Below, one piece after another: positions 1 to 8,412 of a DNA stretch of 64,000 nt. A program made the position numbers and the translations under genes. The stretch is from an uncultured Solirubrobacterales bacterium. Lineage in GTDB: Bacteria; Actinomycetota; Thermoleophilia; Solirubrobacterales; 70-9. The notes under the pieces are model-generated. The model was not told the origin of the DNA. It saw nothing but the letters and a program-made list of their open reading frames with translations, and searched no databases. The first letter of the stretch is position 1, and every line of letters starts with the position of its first letter. The stretch spans positions 28,255-92,254 of the forward strand of contig CAVPRR010000005.1 of NCBI GenBank assembly GCA_963707965.1, written 5' to 3'.

Positions 1-1068
1 GGCGAGGACCTGTTGCGCGATGCCGATATCCGGAGCGTGCTGTTCACGGAGATCGGAGCGGCCGACCGCTTGGTCCTGCTCGGTGATGTGCTCGAGCTGC
101 GTGAGCTGCCACTTGCGACCGTGCTGGAGCGCGCCAGGCCCTTCTTCCAGGAGTTGGGAGAGACCATGTCCGGCCGCCAGATTGTGCTGGTTCCCGGCAA
201 CCACGACCACAGGCTCGCCGAGCCGCTCCTGGAGCGAACCGCCCTGGCGGGGCGCCCGGTGGGGCTGGAGCAGCGCAGCGAGGCCAGCGGTGAGGCGGCG
301 GAGCGGATTGCCGGCTGGCTGGGGCACGCCCAGCTGGAGATCGCCTACCCCGGCATCTGGCTACGCGACGACGTCTACGCAATTCACGGCCACTACATGG
401 ACTGCCACATGACACTGCCTCGCCTGGAGTGCATCACGGCCGCGGCCGTGATGCGCGCCCTGGGTCCCCTGCCCGACCCCACCACCCCCGCCGACTACGA
501 GCGGGTCCTGCGACCCGCCTACGGGCTCACCTACTCACTCGCGCAATCCGGAGTTGCGCAGCGGGCGACCCGCCCATCGGAGCGTGCTTGGCGCGCGATC
601 TCCCGCCGCAACCGCGCCCCGGGCCGCGCCCGCCGCGCGGCTCTTCGCCTCGCCGTGGGTGCCGGCGTGCCCGCCACCATCTGGAGCGTCAACCGACTGC
701 TTCGGGCCAACTTCGACCCCGACCTCTCCCCCGCCGCGATCACGCACAGCGGCATCGCCGCGGCGACCGAGATGGCGATGCGACTCGATGTCCAGGCGTC
801 CCACGTGATCACCGGTCACACCCACCGCGGCGGGCCCGGGGAGGGCGAGGACGAGTGGGGGCTGCCCGGCAGCGGCCGCCTCCACAACACCGGCAGCTGG
901 GTATTCGCTTCCGCCTTCCACCACCCCGGGACGCCCCCCAGCCCCTACTGGCCGGGGACCGTCACCTGGATCGAGGATGGGGGGGCACCGCGCCGCGTCC
1001 GGATCCTGCTTGAGCACCCCCGGGACGAGCTGAAGGCGGTCGTCAGGCGCTCAGCCCAAATCGCCTAG
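1..1068 (+). CDS. metallophosphoesterase (calcineurin-like), 5' end cut by window edge
   Basis: ORF 13..1068 stays open back to base 1. The PGNHDH and ITGHTHRGG metal-ligand motifs are present. The first DxH motif is missing, so the true start lies upstream. Confidence 0.75.
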   Translation, partial: GEDLLRDADIRSVLFTEIGAADRLVLLGDVLELRELPLATVLERARPFFQELGETMSGRQIVLVPGNHDHRLAEPLLERTALAGRPVGLEQRSEASGEAAERIAGWLGHAQLEIAYPGIWLRDDVYAIHGHYMDCHMTLPRLECITAAAVMRALGPLPDPTTPADYERVLRPAYGLTYSLAQSGVAQRATRPSERAWRAISRRNRAPGRARRAALRLAVGAGVPATIWSVNRLLRANFDPDLSPAAITHSGIAAATEMAMRLDVQASHVITGHTHRGGPGEGEDEWGLPGSGRLHNTGSWVFASAFHHPGTPPSPYWPGTVTWIEDGGAPRRVRILLEHPRDELKAVVRRSAQIA

Positions 1069-1938
1069 CCACCCGGCGATGATCTTCCCGATCTCCTCTC
1101 CCGCGTCCTCCTGCAGGAAGTGGGAGGTGTTCTCGATTGCCCGCGGGGGTGGGAAGTTGAGCTGCTTCGAGAGCCGTTCAGCGAGTGAGAAGGGGAGGAC
1201 CGGGTCGGAGTCGGCCCAGAGCACCAGCGCGGGGCGCTCGTCCACGCGCAACGCGTCGGCCACGCGTTTGCCCTCGGCGGCCCCGGGAGCGTCGGGCTCC
1301 GTCGGCAGGATCAGGGGGAACGCACGGGCGCCGGCCTTCGACTCGGGACTCGGATAGGGAGCGTCGTAGGCAGCGATCACGTCGTCGCCGGGGTCTGTCT
1401 TGCAGGCACCCCGCACCAGCATGCCCACCGGAACGTCCTCGCTCTCGCGAACGAACTCGCGGAATTTGAACCAGGCCTCGCTCATTCGCTGGTGGCCGGT
1501 GAACGGCCCCGTCTCCATGATCACCAGGCGCGAGAAGCGGTCCGGGTGCTCGACCGCCAGCCGCAGCCCGATCGGCCCGCCCCAGTCATGGCAGACGGCG
1601 GTGGCGTCGCGCACGTCGAGCTCCTCCAGCAGCGCCGCCATCAGCTCCACGTGGCGGTCGTATGTGTACCAGCCGAGATCGGTGGGCTTATCGGAGCGGC
1701 CAAATCCGGCGTAGTCGGGGGCGATGCAGCGGTAACCGGCATCGCGAACCGGCGGGATCACCTTTCGCCACAGGAATGACCAGGTCGGCTCGCCGTGAAA
1801 GAAGACGACCGGCCTGCCCTCTCCCTCGTCGAGATGGGCGAGCCTCAACCCGCCAATCTCTTTGTAGTTGGACTCGAACGGGAAGTCTGGCAACCCCTGC
1901 AGAAGCCCCTCCGGCGTTCTGACGACGTCGACGCTCAT
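1051..1938 (-). CDS. haloalkane dehalogenase-type alpha/beta hydrolase
   Basis: 295-aa ORF with the HGEPTWSFLWRK region, nucleophile elbow CHDWGGPIG and a C-terminal SHFLQED histidine motif. Confidence 0.8.
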   Translation of the reverse strand: MSVDVVRTPEGLLQGLPDFPFESNYKEIGGLRLAHLDEGEGRPVVFFHGEPTWSFLWRKVIPPVRDAGYRCIAPDYAGFGRSDKPTDLGWYTYDRHVELMAALLEELDVRDATAVCHDWGGPIGLRLAVEHPDRFSRLVIMETGPFTGHQRMSEAWFKFREFVRESEDVPVGMLVRGACKTDPGDDVIAAYDAPYPSPESKAGARAFPLILPTEPDAPGAAEGKRVADALRVDERPALVLWADSDPVLPFSLAERLSKQLNFPPPRAIENTSHFLQEDAGEEIGKIIAGWLGDLG

Positions 1939-2028
1939 AGAGGAAGCTCCCCCCGACCCGTTCCCATCGCTCGTCCTCTCTCGACGCCCACGAAGCGAGT
2001 CTATTCCCGGCGCCTGCTCAGCCCTGGC

Positions 2029-2907
2029 TCAGGGAAGCTCCCGGAGAAAGCTCCCAACCGTTGGGCCGAAGTAGGGCGAGAACAGTTGCGTGGGCCGGCC
2101 CGCATAGCTGTAGCTGGTGACCCCGTTGATGTACTCGCCCTTGACGATCCAGGCCCCACCGCTGGAACCCGCGGCCATATCGCAGGAGGCCGGCACGGTT
2201 GGCGGGCCCGTGAAGCGGTTGGTGAGGGGATCGCTGCCGAGGCCGTGGGCTCGGCAGTCGCGAAGGGACTTGCCCCCAAGCGCAGCGGCCGGATAGCCAA
2301 AGATCTGGAACGCGGCGAGCCGCGACCGGGACGTCACGTAGCCGCGTGCCCCCACCACGTCGGTGAGGTAGCCCAGGCTGTTCGACCCCACCTTCAGCGC
2401 AGCAATGTCGAAGTCGGGGTTCTCGCCGCGCCGCCACTCCGGCATCACGTAAACGGACTGGACGTGGAATGTGCCGTAGGGGCGCTTTCCATGGTCGTAG
2501 GCGGGAACGAAGGCGATGCGCCTGCCCGTGCTTCCGTTTGCGAGGACGCAATGGCCGGCCGTGAGCACGATCGAGCGGCTCGGAGTGTTGAGCGCCGTAC
2601 CAGAGCAGGAGTAGGCGCCTTCACGAGGATCGACCGCCACGATCTTGCCGTTCGTCCGGGCGCCGGCGGCAGCGGCATTGCTGACGCGGAGGCTGCTCGC
2701 GCCGGCGCTCGGGTCGTGGCTGAAGCGAGCAACGGGTGCGCGTCCCGGGACCGTCAGCGATGGGCTTGTCGCGAACGGCGAAGCGTCCGCGCCAGCCCCC
2801 ACCACGTGAATGTCGGGCGGAGCGGCACTGGCCGCTGCGGGGACGAACGGGAAGAGCGACAGCGCGAGCGCGGTGAGTCGCGCCAGAGGTCCCGTAGCGC
2901 GAGTCAT
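2029..2907 (-). CDS. secreted trypsin-like (S1) serine protease
   Basis: Signal-like N-terminus MTRATGPLARLTALALSLFPFVPAAASA; catalytic motifs LTAGHCV and AAGSSGGAW. Start set at an internal Met; the ORF extends to 2976. Confidence 0.8.
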   Translation of the reverse strand: MTRATGPLARLTALALSLFPFVPAAASAAPPDIHVVGAGADASPFATSPSLTVPGRAPVARFSHDPSAGASSLRVSNAAAAGARTNGKIVAVDPREGAYSCSGTALNTPSRSIVLTAGHCVLANGSTGRRIAFVPAYDHGKRPYGTFHVQSVYVMPEWRRGENPDFDIAALKVGSNSLGYLTDVVGARGYVTSRSRLAAFQIFGYPAAALGGKSLRDCRAHGLGSDPLTNRFTGPPTVPASCDMAAGSSGGAWIVKGEYINGVTSYSYAGRPTQLFSPYFGPTVGSFLRELP

Positions 2908-3035
2908 CGCCCAAGATGGTGGCATACCGCCGCGCGCTGCGATACAGATAGCTTCATGTTGCAACCGAAGGAACACTCGACATGGGCCGAGGTTCCTCCC
3001 GGGCCTCCCCTGCCCAACACACGAAAGGGTTACCC

Positions 3036-3422
3036 ATGAACGACGAGAGTCTGATCAGCGGCTGGTGGGTCTTTGCCGGCGTGCTGCTCCTGATTGCAGG
3101 CGTTCTGAACATCGTCTACGGCATCGCCGCAATCGGCGATTCGAAGTTCTTCACTGAAAACGCGACCTACATCATCAGTGGTCTGCACACCTGGGGCTGG
3201 ATCCTCCTGATCGTCGGCGTGCTGGAGCTGGTGGCGGCATTCTCGCTGTTCTCGGGTGGAGAATTCGGCCGCTGGTTCGGCATCTTCGTCGCCTCGCTCA
3301 ATGCGATCGGTGCCCTGCTTTCCATTCCGGCATACCCCTTCTGGTCGCTGGCGATATTCGCCCTGGCGATCATCATCATCCACAAGCTGGCCGAGGGGCC
3401 GGAGGGAGCCTCGACCGCCTGA
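3036..3422 (+). CDS. small integral membrane protein (about four TM helices)
   Basis: ORF 2982..3422 with start taken at MNDESL. Repeated hydrophobic segments (WWVFAGVLLLIAGVL, WGWILLIVGVLELVAAF) resemble HdeD/DUF308-like proteins. Confidence 0.65.
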   Translation: MNDESLISGWWVFAGVLLLIAGVLNIVYGIAAIGDSKFFTENATYIISGLHTWGWILLIVGVLELVAAFSLFSGGEFGRWFGIFVASLNAIGALLSIPAYPFWSLAIFALAIIIIHKLAEGPEGASTA

Positions 3423-3434
3423 CATCGCCCCGGA

Positions 3435-4571
3435 TCAGCCGCCCAGCGGCGGTCCGGAGAGCTGCTGCGACCGAAGGCCCCGGGCACCCGGGGCCTTCGT
3501 CGCACCGGAGTCCGTGGGCGCACCCGACTCTCCTGAGGCAGTCGGCCCCAGGGCATCCAGCCGCGACCAGGGAGCCGCCGCCGGTTCGTTGCCCTCGTAG
3601 AGCACGTCGACACCGGCGAGGCGATCCTGCCAGCCGCGCCGCCGTTCGTCGAAGAGGATGCCGAGAAAGCCAAGGCCGAAAGCAAGGCCGGCCAGGATGA
3701 GTCCCGCCAACCGTCTCACGGCGCGGCGGAATGGTAGGCCGCGCCCCTCTACGCCTAGCCTGATTCCGAAGAAGCGCATACCGAGCGTCTGGCCCGCCAG
3801 CGACCAGAAGACAACGAAGTAGAAGGCCTCCAGCAGGAACCAGGCAGTGCCGCCCAGCACCAGAGCGATGCCGGACACCCCATCCCCCGCGAAGGCCGAA
3901 GCGATCAGCGCCGCAATCGCAGCCAGGCCCGAGAAGGCAAGGTTGACGACCAGCACGTCCAGCGCGAAGGCGAGCGCCCGCGTCACCGCCCCCGCCCGCT
4001 CGGTGGGCTCGGAGCGCTGCGGCCGGAAGAAGATCCGTCTCACGACCCGCTCGATGGCGCCGTCGATGCGATGGGTCGTGTCACCGATGGTGTGGCCGAC
4101 ATCCTCCAGGAAACCGACACTCTGGGCGCTGATCGCGGCACGCAGCTCGGGCGCCTCGGCGATCCGTTCGACCAGGCGCTGCGCCTCGTCGCTTGCCAGC
4201 AGTCGCCGCCACACCTCGTCAACCATCTCGCTGTCAAGCGCCTCGATCAGCGCCCGCTTGACCGTCTCGCTCTCCAGAGCACCGTTCACAGCCTCCTCGA
4301 CAAGGGGTCCCTGAAGGACCCGCACAAGGGCACGCTCGACCGCCTCGCTTTCGACCGCCGCCACCATCGCCTCCTCGGTAGCGGCCTGAACGGCGCGGTC
4401 GATGCCCGCCGCTTTTCCGACCGTCCGCGCCCCGCGCACACCGGCGCCGAGCAGGCGCACCGACAGCGGCAGCGGCCTGCCAGCGGGGCCTTCGCGGGCT
4501 GAGCGATCCCGCGAGTCGGAACCGTCTTCAGCCGATCGACCCTGCGGTGCGGAACCGTCTGCCATCGCCAT
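3435..4571 (-). CDS. RDD family membrane protein with long helical N-terminal extension
   Basis: C-terminal TM region ends ...GMRFFGIRL...FDERRRGWQDRLAGVDVLY. Start set at MAMADGS because the longer ORF (to 4700) would overlap the NUDIX gene. Confidence 0.7.
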   Translation of the reverse strand: MAMADGSAPQGRSAEDGSDSRDRSAREGPAGRPLPLSVRLLGAGVRGARTVGKAAGIDRAVQAATEEAMVAAVESEAVERALVRVLQGPLVEEAVNGALESETVKRALIEALDSEMVDEVWRRLLASDEAQRLVERIAEAPELRAAISAQSVGFLEDVGHTIGDTTHRIDGAIERVVRRIFFRPQRSEPTERAGAVTRALAFALDVLVVNLAFSGLAAIAALIASAFAGDGVSGIALVLGGTAWFLLEAFYFVVFWSLAGQTLGMRFFGIRLGVEGRGLPFRRAVRRLAGLILAGLAFGLGFLGILFDERRRGWQDRLAGVDVLYEGNEPAAAPWSRLDALGPTASGESGAPTDSGATKAPGARGLRSQQLSGPPLGG

Positions 4572-4617
4572 CGAGTATACGTCCGTCCCGGTCCCTCGGA
4601 CCGGCTGTGCATCGCGC

Positions 4618-5088
4618 CTAAACCTCTCGGGCGAGGCACTCCACCAGGCGATCGAGGAGCACAGCCTGGGCGGGAAGGATCTTGGCTCTGGCGCCGCCAA
4701 GGCCGAACCACTCCGCCCGATCGACCTCCGGGAACTCCCGCTCGGCGCCCGAGCGAGGCGGCCAGTCCATCTTGAAGGTGTTGCTTCGCAACGCTGCGGG
4801 GTCGAAATCGCCCTCCGCCGCCCATGCGTGAACGACCTTGCCGCTCTTCTGACGCACGGATCCCAGCTCGATCAGCGAGTCCACCTCGATCGCCGGCGCC
4901 TCTCCCAGCTCCTCCGCCAGCTCCCGCAGCGCGCACTCGCGCAGCTCCTCCCCCTGCTCGCACTCGCCCTTCGGGATCGACCAGGCACCCTCGTCGCGCT
5001 TCGCCCAGAACGGCCCGCCGGGGTGTGCGAGCAGCACCTCGGGCTCGCTCCCGGCGAGGCGAAAGAGCAGGACCCCGGCGCTGACCAC
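4618..5088 (-). CDS. NUDIX hydrolase
   Basis: 156-aa ORF with Nudix box GECEQGEELRECALRELAEELGE. Confidence 0.85.
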   Translation of the reverse strand: MVSAGVLLFRLAGSEPEVLLAHPGGPFWAKRDEGAWSIPKGECEQGEELRECALRELAEELGEAPAIEVDSLIELGSVRQKSGKVVHAWAAEGDFDPAALRSNTFKMDWPPRSGAEREFPEVDRAEWFGLGGARAKILPAQAVLLDRLVECLAREV

Positions 5089-5139
5089 GATCGATCATGG
5101 TGCCAGCCCCACCCCGGAACGCGCCAGGTTGGTGACGAA

Positions 5140-5213
5140 TCGGGGCGACTGGATTTGAACCAGCGACCGCTCGGCCCCCAGCCGAGTGCGCTACCAGACT
5201 GCGCCACGCCCCG
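5140..5213 (-). tRNA. tRNA-Pro (anticodon GGG)
   Basis: The reverse complement folds as a cloverleaf: acceptor CGGGGCG/CGCCCCG, D arm GCGC-AGTCTGGTA-GCGC, anticodon arm CTCGG-CTGGGGG-CCGAG, T arm GCTGG-TTCAAAT-CCAGT, discriminator A. CCA is not encoded. Confidence 0.9.
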
Positions 5214-5330
5214 TGGTTACCCGTATTCTGACGAATAGCTGCAGGCAACGCGCGATGCCCTGCGTGCGGAAGCCGAGCCGATAAGCACCGGCACCTCGCG
5301 TTGGGAACGTCTGTTCGGCTGGATAGCTTT

Positions 5331-5927
5331 ATGTCATGCGGACAGTGTGGTCGATGCAATCGGCTGAAGCCCATTGAAGAATTCGCCTGGCGGCGGAAAG
5401 CTCGGGGACAGCGGGATAATTACTGCCGACCCTGTCGCGCCGAGTACAAGCAGGAGCACTACGCGGCCAATCGACAGCGAGTACATCGATTCGGCAGGGC
5501 CGGCGCCGGCAGAGAGTAGTCGCCGAAGCGCGTCGCCTATCTGGTGGCCTATCTACGCGCCCACCCCTGTGTGGACTGCGGAGAGACCGATCCCGTCGTG
5601 CTGGAGTTCGACCACCTTCGGGACAAGAAGTTCAGCATCGGCAAGGGTTTTCGCGAGCGGGAATGGCAGAGTGTCCTCGACGAGATGGCGAAGTGCGAGG
5701 TCGTTTGTGCAAACTGTCATCGGCGCCGCACCGCTCAACGTGGCGGCTTCCTTCGACGCGGCGGTAGCTCAACGGTAGAGCCTCAGCCTTCCAAGCCGAT
5801 GACGCGAGTTCGATTCTCGTCCGCCGCTTCCGAAGTCGTCGATGCTCGCCGTGGGCTTCGAGCGCGTCGGCTGCCCGGCTCGATGACCGCGGACTACGCG
5901 GCGAGATCTGTGGGAATACCCCGATGA
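5331..5927 (+). pseudogene. HNH endonuclease-family gene interrupted by in-frame TAG (5517..5519); its downstream half reads on through tRNA-Gly
   Basis: ORFs 5301..5519 and 5544..5927 share one frame and are separated only by TAG. The N-half has a CGQCGRC...YCRPCRAEY zinc ribbon. The C-half has HPCVDCGETDPVVLEFDHL...CANCHRRRT (HNH). Confidence 0.6.
5758..5828 (+). tRNA. tRNA-Gly (anticodon TCC)
   Basis: Acceptor GCGGCGG/CCGCCGC, D arm GCTC-AACGGTA-GAGC, anticodon loop CTTCCAA, T arm GCGAG-TTCGATT-CTCGT, discriminator T. Confidence 0.9.
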
Positions 5928-5959
5928 ATCGGCCTGCCAAACGGCGCAGAATCGCGTTG

Positions 5960-6259
5960 ATGACGATTCGAGCCGTGATCGAGAAGCATGGGCACTTCGC
6001 GCACGGGGGCAACCCCGACGATGCTGCCGAGACCTGGGCGGAATCGGGCTTTGAGGGCCCCGAGGTCGAGGAGTGGCTGCTCGCCCGCTGCTACGACCCC
6101 AGCGCCGCCCGCGACCTGGCCGACGCCGGTGTGACCCCGGAGATGGCGAGGATGAAGACCAGCGCCGGTGCCGGTGACTACGTGGACACCGTCGGCTTCA
6201 AGGTCTCCGACGGCGACATCGAGGTCGAAGAGGCGCGCGATTTGGTCGGCGTCCACTGA
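5960..6259 (+). CDS. hypothetical acidic protein
   Basis: ORF 5924..6259 with start taken at MTIRAVIEKHG. I recognise no motif; the call rests on ORF length and GC-rich third codon positions. Confidence 0.4.
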   Translation: MTIRAVIEKHGHFAHGGNPDDAAETWAESGFEGPEVEEWLLARCYDPSAARDLADAGVTPEMARMKTSAGAGDYVDTVGFKVSDGDIEVEEARDLVGVH

Positions 6260-6432
6260 CGCGCAGCCGCTCCAGCTCAGCCCCCGGCGAAGCCGGCGGC
6301 GCCCCACGACGGGGCGCTGGCTTTGCCGACCTCGAGGACTCCAGCCCGGACCGTGCCAGAGACGGGCTCCCCGCCGACTGAGCTTTGACCTCGGCGATCG
6401 CGCTGGCGGCCTGTCAAGCGCGGTGCGAAGAA

Positions 6433-6504
6433 CGGGGGAGCCGGGATTCGAACCCGGATTCACGGTTTTGGAGACCGTGCGCATAACCGTTAACTCACTC
6501 CCCC
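6433..6504 (-). tRNA. tRNA-Trp (anticodon CCA)
   Basis: Reverse complement: acceptor GGGGGAG/CTCCCCC, anticodon arm ACGGT-CTCCAAA-ACCGT, T arm CCGGG-TTCGAAT-CCCGG, discriminator G. The D stem pairs poorly by hand folding, hence the reduced confidence. Confidence 0.7.
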
Positions 6505-6673
6505 AGGCGTCGAAGTTTATGGAGCGCCGGCGTCCGAAGGATTGGCAAACCTACAGTCGACCTCCCGCGCTGACCTCGCGAATATGACTATGCACGGTGT
6601 TTCTTCACGAATCTGTCGGCCTCCATACGAAGCGACCTCAAGCTACTTGACTCCTTCGTCGGGCCATGTCGGA

Positions 6674-6757
6674 TGCGGGCGGAGGGACTCGAACCCCCAA
6701 GCTCTTTCGAGCACCGGCACCTAAAGCCGGCGTGTTTCCCAATTTCACCACGCCCGC
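6674..6757 (-). tRNA. tRNA-Leu (anticodon TAG), type II with long variable arm
   Basis: Reverse complement: acceptor GCGGGCG/CGCCCGC, D arm GTG-AAATTGGGAAA-CAC, anticodon arm CCGGC-TTTAGGT-GCCGG, variable arm GCTC-GAAA-GAGC, T arm GGGGG-TTCGAGT-CCCTC, discriminator A. Confidence 0.9.
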
Positions 6758-6817
6758 GTGACCACCATCGTCACGGCTTAACGAGCGGCCAACGCCGCAT
6801 CGTCGCTCGTAGATTCT

Positions 6818-7360
6818 ATGATCGCAGCCGTGGCGATCGGAGAGGTGAGGCCGGGCTATGAACTCTGGCACCCCAATCGGGAGAAACCCGAGGTCATCGC
6901 GACCAAGTTCGTGATCGTCGCCCTGATGCTGGCAACGGCCGGCATCTCCGCCCTGATCACGATCACCGGATTCTCGCTGCTCACGGGCGGCACGGGCATG
7001 GGGATCGTCTGCTTCATCTTCGCCGGGCTCTACGCGCTCTTTGCCTACCGCGTCGCCCGCTGGAGCCGCGGCGTCCTGCCGGTCGCAGCGTCACTGTCGA
7101 TGATCCTGGCCATCTTCTGCGCCGCCGGCGCCGACAGCTGGTTCGCTCGCGACAAGGCCGGCTTTGCGGATGCGTCGATCCCGGTGCCCCTGATCGGGCT
7201 GCTGATCGTGATCTTGGTCCTCCTGCAGGTTCTGCTGATCGCGGCCGCCCTCTACGGCTTCACCCAGGACTGGCATGTCGAGGAGGAGCGCCCCATCGGC
7301 TCAGGCGAGGACTACGGCGCCGGCGCCCCGCAGGATCAGGGCTCCCCCCAGCCCGCGTAG
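6818..7360 (+). CDS. hypothetical integral membrane protein
   Basis: 180-aa ORF with an ATG start, four to five hydrophobic helices and an acidic/Pro-rich tail. No family recognised. Confidence 0.65.
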   Translation: MIAAVAIGEVRPGYELWHPNREKPEVIATKFVIVALMLATAGISALITITGFSLLTGGTGMGIVCFIFAGLYALFAYRVARWSRGVLPVAASLSMILAIFCAAGADSWFARDKAGFADASIPVPLIGLLIVILVLLQVLLIAAALYGFTQDWHVEEERPIGSGEDYGAGAPQDQGSPQPA

Positions 7361-7451
7361 TCACGATCCCGTTGCCTTTCCCGCCCTCCAGGCTGATGCG
7401 TCGGCCGCATGTGAATGACCAGCGGCTGGCTTCTAGACTTGATGAGCACCG

Positions 7452-7535
7452 GCGGCGGTGTCCAAACTGGCAAAGGAGGCGGTCTCAAAAGCCGCTGCCC
7501 GCAAGGGCTTGTGGGTTCGAGTCCCACCCGCCGCA
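7452..7535 (+). tRNA. tRNA-Leu (anticodon CAA), type II
   Basis: Acceptor GCGGCGG/CCGCCGC, D arm TCC-AAACTGGCAAA-GGA, anticodon arm GCGGT-CTCAAAA-GCCGC, long variable arm, T arm GTGGG-TTCGAGT-CCCAC, discriminator A. Confidence 0.9.
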
Positions 7536-7579
7536 TCAGGGAGCCCATTTCACGTGTCTGGGGACCGTTCTCGGAGCGG

Positions 7580-7625
7580 CCCGCAACACCGTTTCCACGT
7601 ATTGCATGGAAACGGTGTTTCGGGG
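7580..7625. repeat. 46-bp palindromic repeat, copy 1 (CCCGCAACACCGTTTCCACGTATTGCATGGAAACGGTGTTTCGGGG)
   Basis: Perfect 13-bp arms AACACCGTTTCCA/TGGAAACGGTGTT. Related copies lie at 39806..39851 and 40841..40886. This copy is 45 bp downstream of tRNA-Leu(CAA). Confidence 0.9.
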
Positions 7626-7632
7626 CCCCTGG

Positions 7633-8412
7633 CTAAACCGCCAGGTCGCGTCGCTCGAAGAGCAGCGCCCCCAACGCGGCAAGCGCCACCGCGGCGAGGG
7701 TGACGCCAGCGAAGGCGAGCGGGTCGATCCCGTCCTCGATCGCCCTGCCGTAGTAGCGGAACACCGAGCCGTAGCGCAGCCAATCGAGGCTGGCGTCGAG
7801 GCGGCCAATCAGATCGACCACGTACATCGCAACCAGCACCCCCGCCACCGAGCCGGTGACGATCGAGGTGCGCAGCGACCAGCCGGTGACGACAACGCCA
7901 AGGCCGGCGAAGACCAGCGCCAGCGGCCAGACGTTGGCGAAGCCGGCGAGCGCCGCGCCGAGGGAGATCCCGGCGCCGAAGACGGCGCTGCCGGCGACGG
8001 TCAGCGCCAGGCTCACGGCGAGCACGGCGGCCAGCTCGACCGCGGTCGCGACGAAGCCCGCGGCGACGAGGCGGCTGCGGGAGACCGGTGCCGAGAGCAG
8101 CACGTCGAGGCGACCGCTCTCAGCGGCGCCGGAGAGGCCGCTGGCCAGCGAGCGGACCGCCAGGTAGCCGGCCGCGAGCGGCACGATCAGGCTCAGCATC
8201 TCCGCGTCGAGGTACTGCTCGACGGTCGACAGGTCGCCTATGCCGAATGCCTCTTTGAGAGCGGGTGGATACTCGCTGGCCACCTTCGCGAGGGACTCTT
8301 CGACCGACGGGTAGATGGCCACGATAAGCGCCGACATCAGCCCCAGCGGCAACCCCCATGCGAGCAGCGAGCGGCGGCGTTCGTGCAGCTGGGCGAGAAC
8401 CAGGGCGATCAT
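7633..8412 (-). CDS. ABC-2 type transporter permease
   Basis: 259-aa multi-TM ORF that overlaps the stop of the upstream ABC ATPase by 4 nt. Confidence 0.75.
   Translation of the reverse strand: MIALVLAQLHERRRSLLAWGLPLGLMSALIVAIYPSVEESLAKVASEYPPALKEAFGIGDLSTVEQYLDAEMLSLIVPLAAGYLAVRSLASGLSGAAESGRLDVLLSAPVSRSRLVAAGFVATAVELAAVLAVSLALTVAGSAVFGAGISLGAALAGFANVWPLALVFAGLGVVVTGWSLRTSIVTGSVAGVLVAMYVVDLIGRLDASLDWLRYGSVFRYYGRAIEDGIDPLAFAGVTLAAVALAALGALLFERRDLAV

Noticed and set aside
1795-3039. 414-aa ORF on the plus strand spanning the dehalogenase and protease loci
   Set aside because: It is antisense to two genes with clear catalytic motifs. Its product is Arg/Pro/Ala-rich low-complexity sequence, typical of shadow ORFs in very GC-rich DNA.
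4286-5374. 362-aa minus-strand ORF and the 278-aa plus-strand ORF 4402..5238 crossing the NUDIX gene and tRNA-Pro
   Set aside because: They overlap a well-supported NUDIX gene and a tRNA. The translations are low-complexity Arg/Gly/Pro sequence.
5517-5519. In-frame TAG in the HNH gene as a recoded (pyrrolysine or suppressed) codon
   Set aside because: There is no pyl gene context or recoding signal in the window, and this would not be expected in this lineage. A nonsense mutation or base-call error is far more likely.
7452-7535. Possible tRNA-Sec, because of the long variable arm and a TCA triplet in the anticodon region
   Set aside because: Hand folding puts CAA, not TCA, in positions 34-36 (loop CTCAAAA). 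The acceptor stem is 7 bp and the D arm is a normal type II leucine pattern.
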